Assembly: GCF_006345805.1 (NCBI RefSeq)
Contig: NC_043018.1
Location: forward strand, 16,554,001 to 16,618,000
Direction: 5' to 3'
DNA length: 64,000 nucleotides
Origin: Octopus sinensis
Taxonomy: Eukaryota
Positions 1 through 12,046 of this stretch are shown here, piece by piece. The position numbers and the translations under genes were made by a program. Each line of letters begins with the position of its first letter. Position 1 is the stretch's first letter. A model generated the notes under the pieces. It was given only the letters and a program-made list of their open reading frames with translations. It did not search any database and was not told the DNA's origin.

Positions 1-185
1 TAGCGAATATTCTGATCAATACAACAAACTTGTTCGCCAGTTACTTGACTTTAACCACTTGACGATGTCCTTTAGTGGCTGACAATATGTGCATCTCTGA
101 TAATGGGCAGGAGTAGTTGGAGAGCCTGAAAGGGGAATCTTTAGGGTTTGAATCAATGTAAGGACATGAATGTCTGGAGGAAATA
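1..185 (+). mobile_element. Partial SINE-like repeat (same family as 58901-59445)
   Basis: aatattctg.tcaatac...gtcc.ttagtggctgac.atatgtgcatctctgat matches the reverse complement of ~59180-59345. Confidence 0.6.
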
Positions 186-736
186 TTATTCATTTTGCAT
201 AGTTTCTAGGGATAAGCAAAGAGGAAATAACAGTTGCTACCTAAGGTCAAAAATCGTGTTACAAACTTTCATAATTTCTGGACGTTAATTAAACGACCTT
301 AAGTTTCTACGAATATCGGAAAGGAGGTGGGAATATTGGAACCTTATTTATCGTCTCAAAAAGGAGGGAAAGAACAGTTGAACTGCAGGGATTCGAACTC
401 AGAATATAGAAGCCTGAATAAATACCAAAAAGCATTTTCTGTGATGTTTTAAGGCTTCCGCGAAATATGTTAACAGTACACATCTCATATCCTGCACTTG
501 GCATTGCAATGGGCAGTGTATCTTCATGATAGATGAAAGCGATAGTTTGAAAGAGTAATTGCAGTAAGATTTTTGTCGATGAGAAGTGTAGCTACATGTT
601 TTGACAAATATCGCCACACATTCGTTCATATGTTTTACACAACCCATTACTTATCTCTTTAACAAATAGAAGATGATACAGAAACACACACACATACACA
701 CAAACATACACACACACACACTACTATATATATATA

Positions 737-1497
737 CTAGCAGCATAGTCCGGTGTTGCCCGGGTATGTAAGAGCCCCTAGTAGGCAACGACTAATCCCA
801 ATGTAGTCCTTTCCCTCTAGAGAACGAAGGCGCATGTGTAGGTTGCAATGTCTTCTCTTCACTCCCAAATAACTATCAAACAGCTATCGATAATTCAACC
901 CAACCAATTCCTACCAGGAAAAAATTGCATTTGAGACTTTACCCGCAATAACGCCACTTCTGCTAATAGCTGCTAATAAAGTATCCTATTGGAATCAAAA
1001 GGGTCATATAGCTGCTTGGAGCAGACATGATGCTCGCTGTGAATTTAAAAAAAATTCCTGCCAATTTGTGAAAAATATTGTCGAAAATATGTCATCTTGA
1101 ATTTGAACGCGTTTTCCCAAAATGGCATGATTTTATCGATTTTTTCTGATGGTAAGGTATTGCATGGAAAACTAACGCCAGAATTAAGTTTCTTACGGTA
1201 ACATTAAGCTTCACCATGAGTTTGGTGAAAATCGATTGCAAGTTGCGAAAACTACAACAGAAAATGTGTTGCATATAAAAAGCTTAGTTTCTTGACCCCA
1301 TGTCAAATTTATCGATTTTTTTCCGAACCGGGGGAACTTTTCAAAATTTTCGCTGCGTTAGTTTTGAATTATGACATTGGACTACGTGTGTGTCAAGTTT
1401 CATCAGAATCGGTTGAAAGCCGTGGTCAGGGTGAGGGTACAACCTGACAGACACACAGACACACAGATAGACAAACTGCCGTTTATATATACAGAGA
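737..1497 (-). mobile_element. Non-autonomous Helitron-like element
   Basis: Minus strand starts TC-tctgtatatataaa with gtctgt microsatellite and ends in GC hairpin cccgggcaacaccgg then ctgCTAG, between A and T. Confidence 0.65.
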
Positions 1498-1952
1498 TAT
1501 TGTGGCGTACGTACACTTTGTTCTCTTATATGTAAGTACGCATGTCACTAAATTTTGAACGACCTCTTCAACACTCACTCTCTCTCTCTCTCCCCTCTCT
1601 CACATCTCTTTGCCTTTCTTACTTTGCCCTTCACTGTGTCACTGTCTCTCTCTTTTTCTCGCCACTCCTTGATTCTTCCGTCTACACACTCTCTCGCTCT
1701 CTCTCTCTCTTCTCTCCCTACTTAATACCTTTCTTCCAATTTTTTCTCTCTCTTCTCTCCCTCTTTGGTTCCTTTGTTCCTTTTTCTCTCTCTCTTCTCT
1801 GCTCACGTAACCGTTGGCCGACCGCTAGCCCTTATTCGATTGACCACGGTCACTGCCACAGTGATTATCTTCCCTCTGCCGTAAGGCTTAATTCCCAACA
1901 CGCCAGCTGAATTCAATTTGTCTCCAGTCGAAGGACGCCTGTTATTATGTCC

Positions 1953-1992
<40 letters not shown>

Positions 1993-2088
1993 TTTTATGT
2001 TTTTATTTTTTTTTTATTGTTATTATTATTATTATTTTTTTATTATTTTTTTTTATTATTATTAATATTATTATTATTATTATTATTA

Positions 2089-2122
<34 letters not shown>

Positions 2123-2129
2123 GTTATCT

Positions 2130-4725
2130 TTTTTCTTCATCTTTTAAATTTGCTTCCATTTCTTGCCGAGTGTCTTCCCGACTCATAGGGCAAAGAAACT
2201 CATAGTATACATTGGTAGGCCATTAAACTAAACTTACTAGTTCGTTTTTTTTTTTAAAAGTTAAATTAAAATACATGGGTAGTAACAGTTCTCACATCGA
2301 CAATGCTCTTCTCAATACGAGTGATGTACCAGTTAAGACAATCTTTTGCACTTCTTGCAGGGATGGTGAGCCAGGGATCATTCCCATATAATTTTCGGTT
2401 CCCTTCTTGATCATTCCTAGTGCTCCTACGATCACTGGTATTGTAACTGCCTAGAGATGCCACATTTTCTCAATTTCAATAAGTAGGTCTTTATATTTTC
2501 TGAGCTTGTCAAACTCTTTCGCTGAGATATTATGATCACAGGGGATGCTCATGTCGATCAATAAGCAAACTTTATTGTTTTGGTCTTTCACAACAATATC
2601 CGGTTTATTGGCTTTGATGGTTCGGTCTGTATGTACTGGAAAGTCCCACAGAATCGTTACAGTTTCTCCTTCAGTTACAGTTTCAGGGTGGTGATTATAC
2701 CACTTGTAGGCAGTTTTGATATTGTAATGCCGACTTATTAGCAAGTGTAGATATTGGCCAACTCTGTCATGTCTTAATTTATACTCCACTGGTGCTAAGA
2801 CTTTACATCCAGAGATTAGGTGGTCCACTGTTTCAATCATGTCGTTGCAGAATCGGCATTTTGGGTCTGCTCTATTTTTCATCACATTGGCCTGGTAGTT
2901 CCGGGTTAATAGGCTTTGATCTTGAGCACTCTCTGCTTTTAGCCCTGAGCTCCGTAGCCACTGATGGGTTTGCTTCTGGTCAACATCAGCTTGTTTGCTA
3001 CGGGCCACATATTTGCCGTGCAGAGATTTCTCCTCCCACCTATCAGCCAATTGCTCGTGCACTTTTTTCGTTGCCATTATTTTCACCTTCTTTGCAACAA
3101 TAGTTGCCGTACTTCCCTCGGGTTGTTCAGTTTGGGTATCCTGTACGAGATCAAAAGCAAATTTTTTGCTTTCCTTTATGATAGAATGAAGCTTCTTTCG
3201 TCTCGTGATTTTCCACGAGCTTTAGCATCCAGTCATTCGTTATTTCAAGATATTTGGCCAGTCCAATTGTGGTTGTTTTGTAAGCTAGTTCAAATTGGTT
3301 CATGCCTCGACCTCTTTGGGCTCTGGGAAGGTAAAGGTGATCTACGTCTGCCTTTGGGTGGTGCATCCTATTACAACTCAGCAGCTTGCGTATTTTCTTA
3401 TCTATATTCTTTACTTCACTCATATTCCAGTTCAACACATTGTAGCTATAAGTAACAACTGGAACTGCTAAGGAATTTATAGCTAACACCTTGATACGAG
3501 CATTTAGTTCAGATTTCAGGACTGCACGAACTCTCCTATAACATTCCTTCCTGATCTTCTCTTTCATGCTTGCATCCTGAATACCAGAGCCTTCATTTAT
3601 CCCTAAATATATTGTATGTTTCTTCTTCCTCAAGCTCTCTTATGACTGTGTCAACATCTAACACGATTGAATTTGTGGTCTTCACTTTCCCTTTCTGGAA
3701 AGTGGCCTTGGCACACTTCTCAAGTCCAAACTCCATCCCGATGTCATCGCTGAATGCTTTCACAGTGCGCAATAGGCCTTCAAGTTCATTATCGTCTTTA
3801 CCATAGAGTTTTAAGTCATCCATATAAAATAGATGGCTTATTTTTTATTGGCAATTTTATACCCATACCTTGTTCTGTTTAATTCGCTTGTAAGGGGTAT
3901 TAGGGCTATGCAGAATATTAAAGGTGAAAGTGAGTCACCTTGAAAAATTCCACAGTTGATGTTTATATTTTCTGAGGCAAGTACTCCATTAGAGTGGTAT
4001 AATTGGAGATTCGTATTCCACAACGACATATTGTGTTTCAGGAAGCTTGAAATCACAGGGGAAATTTTGAAGATGTCCAGCGATCTCAAGATCCATAGAT
4101 GCGGTATACTGTCGAAGGCCTTTTTATAGTCAATCCATGCGGAGCTGAGATTTCTGCGCTTGTTGTGACAGTTCTCAAGGATCATATGATTAATTAGCAG
4201 TTGATCTTTGCATCCGTATGAGCCTCGGCGGCACCCTTTTTGTTCAATGGGGAAAATATCGTTCTTCTCCATGAATGCATATGTTTTCTCCGCCAGGATA
4301 GATGTTAGGATTTTATACGTGGTGGATAGACAGGTTATAGGCCGATAGTTTTTTGGGAGGTTGGTTTCGTTATTCTTTGGGAGTAGGTAAGTAATACCAC
4401 TTGCTAACCATTCAGGTGTCTTCTTGGGGTCTCTCATAATTCCATTGAGCAGCTGAACTAGCCTACCGTGTGCGCATGGGAGCGATGCGAGCCAGAAATT
4501 CGGCACCCTATCTTTACCGGGGGATTTCCAATTATGGGCCTTTGTGAGTGCCTTTCTTAGGTCTGCTATTGTGATGTCTTCCCATGCTTGTTGTAAATTT
4601 TGGTAGGCTCCTTCAGTTTGTATAATCCAGTCTGCATTTATGTTGTACGTCTTCTTGTCACTCCAAATCCTTTTCCAAAAGTTTTGAACTTCTTCCATGG
4701 GAGGGGAAAAATAACTCTCAAAGAC
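2130..4725 (-). mobile_element. R4/Dong-clade non-LTR retrotransposon, 3' half (RT, CCHC knuckle, RLE endonuclease), decayed
   Basis: RT motifs (AWIDYKKAFDSIPH, GIFQGDSLSPL, LFYMDDLKLY), CRFC..ETVDHLISGC..RHDRV, ILWDF...KPDIVV..LLIDMSIP; broken into several frames; 3' end abuts an (AAT)n array. Confidence 0.85.
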
Positions 4726-5633
4726 TGGAACATCTACAATATCTTGTGAGTATTTAAAATTCTCTTCAAAATAAGTTAAGAAATTTACATATTTACATAT
4801 CTACAGTTTTCAAACATACATTCGATCAGCTTTAAAAACTTTAATACCCACAATTGCCTCTGTAAACATCCTTTTTTCTCTTCTCTCTAAACACATCACG
4901 CTTTTCTTTTTGTGGACTTACAAAAGACTATCTCAAAACCTTAAAACTTTCTATGAAAGTCTGACTTTTCTTTGCTTCCTCCCTGAATATTCAAATATAA
5001 ATGTAAACATATACTTTTTATTGCAAAAACACACCTGTTCTTCTAACTGGACATACAAACATCTCTAGAAAAGTCAACTTCAACCTCCACAATATTACCT
5101 TACACGAAATATACAAACACTTTTTACTGCAATAACACAAACGCACATGGGAAAAAGTAATGATGCTAAGATTCTCTCTGGTCGAACACAACTTCTCTAT
5201 TCACAAATAATACAGAACAGCCCTTCCTTAATTTTTCTTAAGGCTAGTAGTATTAGACATTTGAACTTTTTTTGACTGATAGGACCCCACTCCACCTAAA
5301 AAAAAATATCGCTAATTATGATGGTGCTGATGGTGATGGTGATGAAGGTGATGATGATAATAATGATAGTAATAGTGCTGATAATCTATCTATCTATCTA
5401 CACACACGCACTCACAGAGTTCAGCCAACACAAACTTCATCTCGGCTCTTTAGATGTTAACCAAATATGAAAGTATTATTTGACAGGCAAGAATTCTGGA
5501 GTTGAAGACAGCCAGCCAGCCAACCACCCAGCCAGCCAACGAGACAGACAGACACTACTGTGATGGTGATAATGATAAAAACAAAAATAACAATAATAAG
5601 ATACTGCAGTGACTACACATGAAACAATATCAT

Positions 5634-5676
<43 letters not shown>

Positions 5677-5904
5677 GGTGATGGTGATGATGATAATGAT
5701 GATAGTAATAGTGGTGATAATGATAATAGTGATAATAATGGTGATGATAATAACAATAATAAGCCGACTACGGCTGCTATAATGGTACGATTATAATTGT
5801 AACGGCAATGATGGCCGTCTCCCCACGAGCCAATCAAAGCTCAAAAATGATAACATTATCGTAGCACTAAAATGTTTTTGGAAACTAAAAGGAAAACTAA
5901 GTCA

Positions 5905-6846
5905 GTATACCAAATCGCTTGTCCTATGGTTAATCTGGAAGCACGTCCCCAGGGAAGAGCCAGCCTGGGATCGAAAAGTCATCAACTGGTACAAACTCTT
6001 CTCCGAATACGGACATGGATGGTCACTTGAACGGGAAATTCCCCATCTCGAGCCCTCCAAGTTCACCACCACAACCACCACAGAAAGAAAATTGTAAGCG
6101 GAACAAATGGACCCGAGAAGAGTATAAAGAAGTAATATACGCTTATTACTATGCATTAGGTAGGCCATCTCAAGAGAGACACACCGCAAACTCTTATAGT
6201 ATATGGGGAACACGGAATCAAGACAGTAAGCCCTATTTGGGCGAGAACAAATTGGCAATTGTGAGGAGGGATATCCTTAGAAATAACAGACTCACAGACA
6301 GTGAAATAAGCGCGATCAAGCAGCAACGGAAAATGACATAAATATAAGACACAAAGGAAATGAAGAATCAGATGAACAGTATAGCCCGCCACGAGGCGTA
6401 ATTGAAAGACTGCCATCTGACCAAAGTACGCAAAGGCCCGAAGAAACAAGAAATTCTATTAAACCTGTTAAAGATAGCCAGGAAAATGATAAAACAACAG
6501 TAACTGAAGATCTCGCATTTGCTGAAGAACACAGAGAGTCTATAGCAGAAATGAGGCAGAAAATCTTGAATACGCTTGAAGTTGTATGACATACAAGTAT
6601 GAATGATAGAGAAACACTTCATGATCTCTCAAATACAAACCAAAATAAAAACCAAATCAAAATTGGCAACTATGTAACAAATGAAATAATACAAGAATTA
6701 AAACCTGATTTTACTAAGTTAAATGAAATTATTTACAGTTCTGCAAGGGCAAATGAAACCAGCTGTATGCCTCCGAAAAAACGAAGAAAACCAAACCTAG
6801 GAAGAAATCAAACCTGGAGAAGTAAAATTGAAAAAGAGATTGAATT
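5905..6846 (+). mobile_element. R4/Dong-like element 5' ORF fragment, decayed
   Basis: KRNKWTREEYKEVIYAYYYAL...VRRDILRNNRLTDSEISAIK and later TWRSKIEKEI, typical N-terminus of R4/Dong ORFs; runs into (ATT)n. Confidence 0.6.
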
Positions 6847-6884
6847 TATTATTATTATCATTATTATTATTATTATTATTATTA

Positions 6885-6920
<36 letters not shown>

Positions 6921-7253
6921 TATTATTATTATTATTATTTTTATTGTTATTCTTATTTTTATTGTTGTTTTTGTTGTTGATTCTTTGTATTATTTTTGTA
7001 TTTATATTCGTGTAACATCGTACGTTTTTCCATCCCTATTTCGTATACATTCGATGCTTTTCTTCAAGGAATCTAATGCTCTTAGCTTAGCTTTTCCTTG
7101 GGGCTGGCCAGATTGAAGTAATCTCACGATTATTCGGCTGAAAATTAAATGCTTCGAATGACCCGTCAGTTTTTTTGTATCGTCTATCTGGATGTTTTGT
7201 GTCCTTTTTGTATTACCTAGTTGTGAGGATGTTTTGTCCCATTTCGTATTTTA

Positions 7254-7305
<52 letters not shown>

Positions 7306-7409
7306 TATATATATAATTATATATACATATACATACATATATATACATATAATATACGCACATATATACATATATATATATATATATATACATACAAATA
7401 CATACAAAC

Positions 7410-7449
<40 letters not shown>

Positions 7450-7452
7450 GAT

Positions 7453-7483
<31 letters not shown>

Positions 7484-7499
7484 CAGTCTGCAACACAAA

Positions 7500-8260
7500 A
7501 GAGGTATCTATCATAGTGTACCTGCACGCTAGAGAGGACAGTTAACTTCCAAACCACTATTAGCGATAACATTTCGAATAGTAAATGTTTTACTTTTCAT
7601 TCTATTCGAAATTTTATCCCTAATGACTGTCCTAATATCTGTCCCCTCTAGCGCCCAGGTATCACTATGATGGATACCTCTTTTGTTTTAAATGTACGCT
7701 GCATTTATATGAATAATATATAGTCTATTTAGTAAATGTCTTACATGTTAGGCCACTTGTAATGGAAATTTCTAATATTTCAGATTACCCTTTAATATTA
7801 TTAATTAGTGATAAATTATTTCTTGGATAATTTTCGAAATAAAAAGCCGTAATATTTATTTATAGACGAGAGGGAGCTGCGCTTGCGCGGTACATTTGAA
7901 AATATTGGAATGTATAAGCACGAGGCAGATACTGGATTGCCTCGTGTGTATATATTTAATCTAAGTTGTACCTGCTGAAGAAGCCTTCGCTTAGCAAATT
8001 ATTTTATTTGACAAAAAACGTCTGAAACCATTGGTCAAAGAGTTGGTAAATGTTTATATTTTACTTTCCATTCGAAATTTTATCCCTAATAGTGGTTTGG
8101 AATTTAACTGTCTCCTCTAGCGTGCAGGTAGTCCTATGATGGATACCTCTTTTGTGTTTAAATGTACACTGTATTTGTATGAATAATATATTGTCTATTG
8201 AGTAAATTTCCTACAGGATAGGCCTCTGGTAATGCAAATATTGCCATTTAACCTTTGGTA
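7500..8260. mobile_element. Penelope-like pseudo-LTR array (two direct copies plus a short inverted copy) between (TA)n tracts
   Basis: ~7575-7790 repeats at ~8045-8250; 7501-7565 is the reverse complement of part of the unit; CTGAAGA...GAAACCATTGGTC core at 7975-8036. Confidence 0.55.
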
Positions 8261-8319
8261 TTTACAATTAATTATATATATATGTATATGTATTTATGCA
8301 TGTATTTATATATATATGC

Positions 8320-8446
<127 letters not shown>

Positions 8447-8614
8447 GTATGCTTGTATATATATAATATATATATGTATATATATATATAGAGAGAGAGA
8501 GTGGCATATGTATATACAAATATACATATATATATGTATATGTGCATGTATCTATCTATCTATATATATACATATGTGTGTGTGTGTGTGCGTATATATG
8601 TATATATATATATA

Positions 8615-8786
8615 TAACGGGAAGCTTTATGAAAATAGACAAAAGACGAGGGCAGGTGGAAATCAAACGAACAATTGTATTAGTATGGCGCTCAGGAAAT
8701 ATAAATAAAACAAGTCTTTAACGTTTCGAGCCTACGCTCTTCAACAGAAAGATACACAGAGAGAAAAAAGAACACAGAAAGAAGGA

Positions 8787-8790
<4 letters not shown>
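8615..8790 (-). mobile_element. Short Penelope-derived repeat in (TA)n
   Basis: ctgttgaagagcgtaggctcgaaacgttaaagact; related copies at ~17045-17200 (-), 18320-18490 (+), 61070-61250 (+). Confidence 0.6.
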
Positions 8791-8833
<43 letters not shown>

Positions 8834-8879
8834 ATATGTGTGTGTATGTATTGTATTATTTGACATATTTGGTGCAATT

Positions 8880-9570
8880 TTGCAACCTCAGTGAAGAAGA
8901 TGCGAAAGACATCGGGATCACTCGCCTGGCAACGAATTACTGAAAACCCATCATCGTATCACGTGCAGCCTTCTTAAGAGTGGAACGACAGTGTGCACAG
9001 TGGGAACCTATGCACATTATATCTGTCAAAACGAATTTAGAAGTGATCATAACTCAATCACCTGTCGATCGTAACTCAATCACCTGTCTGCTCGACTACG
9101 AATGTCCGATGAACAACACCACAACATCAATAAATATTTTTGACAAGGAACCAACTTTGCAGCAACGGCTGCAAACGCGGGTGTCACCTTCCATAATCAC
9201 GAGGAGAGAACATTCAAGAAATATCAGGTAATCAGTGGCTACTATCAGTTTGTACCGGTTACGTCGAGACCTCAGGTGTTCTTGGACTTCATTCCCAGCT
9301 GAGGGATGAAGGCGGCTCATTGGATTAATGAGCATCAGGAAGTGGATGCTTCAATGTTCTTCGCGGCAACGCCATCAGGGTCACTACTGCGAGGCCCAGC
9401 TGAGCACACTATTCGTTCTGGGTTATGTGACCCATCGCCCTTCCCCTCAATTTCTACTGGTTCACATTCTTTTCTCTCTTTTCCTTTCTTATCTCTTATT
9501 TTTTTCCTATTTCTTTTTTAAAGTTTGTAAAATAGAACTCGGAGAATATATGTTTTTACAATATATAGCA
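8880..9570 (+). mobile_element. CRE-clade non-LTR retrotransposon 3' remnant (RLE domain)
   Basis: HEERTFKKY...YQFVPV..(ET)SG motif; homologous to 27230-27770 (-) including the aaatagaactcggag tail. Confidence 0.55.
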
Positions 9571-10067
9571 TAACACTGCAATGTAAATTCTTACCATTCA
9601 TATCGATAACTTAAAGGCAAACACCAAAGCGAAGAACAAACCACAAAGACTTTGTTACCGTTCAGTAACTTACAAACAAATAGCACAGTGAAAAACGAAG
9701 CACTAAGTATTTGTAATGCTTTAATAAATCTATTTAATTGAGATTTCATTACATTCGTCGTATTAATTTAGGTTTGTAAGAAACGTCTGAGATGTAAGTT
9801 ATGTTTTGTAGATTTTTTCTTCTTTTACCATTTCAGTTTTTGGTGCAACATACGTGAATTTCTTTCCAGGATAAACTACAAAATCAAACTTCTGCTCGTT
9901 GATATTTTATATTTCACTATGTCTCTTGATGTTTATTCAGAGTTTTCTACTATCATAGGATTCGACGATTGGTTAAATTACAAAATAGAAAAAGTAGTAG
10001 ATTTTCTCCTTGTATAACAACAATCTGACCTATGACATTTATCCAAAAGATTCAAAAGAGCAGAACG

Positions 10068-10269
10068 TCAATAATTTAGTAATTTTACAAGGAAAACGAG
10101 AATAGGGATTATACTTTGGCGTATACTGTTATGAGTGCCACGGGTGATATTTATAGGAATGCACCTGCATTTCTTTACTTCTATATCGCATTGACATTTC
10201 ATATCTGGGCAGCAATACCTGGTTGGCATAATGCGGAGACAAACTGTCTTTGAGCAGGAGGAGGACAAC
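10068..10269 (-). CDS. Gene A terminal exon 3b (8-Cys domain plus hydrophobic tail)
   Basis: Acceptor tattctgtatttacag; intact frame LSSSCSKTVC...CC...C.C...CRC...LLNY*. Confidence 0.88.
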
Positions 10270-12001
10270 CTGTAAATACAGAATATTGTAGTGAAGTAAT
10301 AAACTCATTAAATTATGGTTTCTCGTCAGGGAAGAAGCTGTTGCATTTTATTGACTTCGATAAATTGATAATCTTACAAGGAAAACGAGAATAGCGATTG
10401 CACTTTGGAGTATAGTGTTATGAGTGCCATGCGTGTTATTTTGTGAATGACACCTGCAACCCGATGTACCCAAAAGCATATACATTTCATACCTGGGCAG
10501 CAGGAAATGGCTGACATATATTTTTGACATATACTCGTTGTGCAAGCGTACCTGTAAATACAGAATATTGTAGTGAAATAAGAAACTCATTAAATTATGG
10601 TTTCTCGTTAGGGAAGAAGTTGTTGCATTTTATTGATGTCGAAAAAATCCAACGGGATGTGAATGTACATCATGCAGAACCGAAACAAATAGGACGGGTC
10701 ATATTTTTCCGTTCTTTCAAAAATTGTCATTTGTACTTTCTCCAGTATTTTTTAAAAAAACCAAGTCTATGAATATATATTTTCCGAATTTCATAAGTAG
10801 ATAAGTAGATGTAGACAGTGATATGGTAATTCTTTTCTACTCTTGGCACAAGGCCCGAAATTTTGGGAGAGTGGGGCAAGTCGAATAGATCGACCCCAGT
10901 AAACGACTGGTACATAATTTATCGACCCCGAAAGGATGAAAGGCAAAGTCGACCTCGGCGGAATTTGAACTCAGAACGTAGAGACAGACGAGATTTTCTC
11001 GTCTGCAATTGGGAAATCAAACCTGCATTTCTTTTGCTACGGTCATTGTGGTTTGTCCTATGTACTTCTCTACGCATCCTAAATAAGATGTGAAAACGAC
11101 GTTTACAAAAGAAGAGACAAAACAATCCTCCATCTTGAAACTAATTTTGAAATGGGAATCTTAACCTTTATATGCTTTTCAAATCTGGTTACTTTGGTAT
11201 ATTTGTCTCTGTATCAAATAAAAGGAAAGAAAGAAAGAGAAACCGGCTTTCTTGCCTCGTTGCTTCATTGTCATTTATTAAGGATGGATATTAATGTCTG
11301 TCTCTAAGTAAATGCTTAAGTTCTTGAAGCTGTATAGCATGTCACATTTGTGTATATAGTTTTGGCTAAATTAGCCTGCAAGAAAATAGTAATATGAATA
11401 TGAAGATCAACTTCTCTAGCGGTATCGCCCAGCGTTTCTCGGCTTTGTTTCGACCCTTTAGAATTAGAATTTTTGAAGAGTAATAATTTTGCATTATGTA
11501 GTTTCTTATTTTCTTTAAGAGAACATTTTTCTGGTTGAAACACACGGAAAAATGGCGACACAGCAATCAGAAAATCGTAAAAAGTAGGGGTTTTCATAGA
11601 AAAAAAAGCACCTTCGTGATGTAAATAATTTTTGGTTTTAATATGACCTGATTTGAATTTCTTCTCCTACCTTAAGGAAGAGCAAGCCTTCTTCTATCAT
11701 ACTCTTAATTTTGGTCAACTTACGCCGCAGGGTCTCAGAGGAGAGAGTGTAAGTTGAAGGCTACAAAACCTGCCACACACAGACAACTTCAGCTTTGTAT
11801 ATAGAGATAGATTAGTTCGAAAGGTGAAGGTGGAGTGGGTGCGAGGTGGAGTAAGACTGAGTAGAAGAGAGAGAAGGAGAAGTCAAGAAAAAGAGAAGAA
11901 GAAGTAGAGAGAAGTGATTAATATTAATATACTTAAGCCAAATGCGTTGTCTGGTGAGCTGAAGCGTGAGGCGATGAACGAGAGAAAAAGAGAATTCGAG
12001 G

Positions 12002-12046
<45 letters not shown>

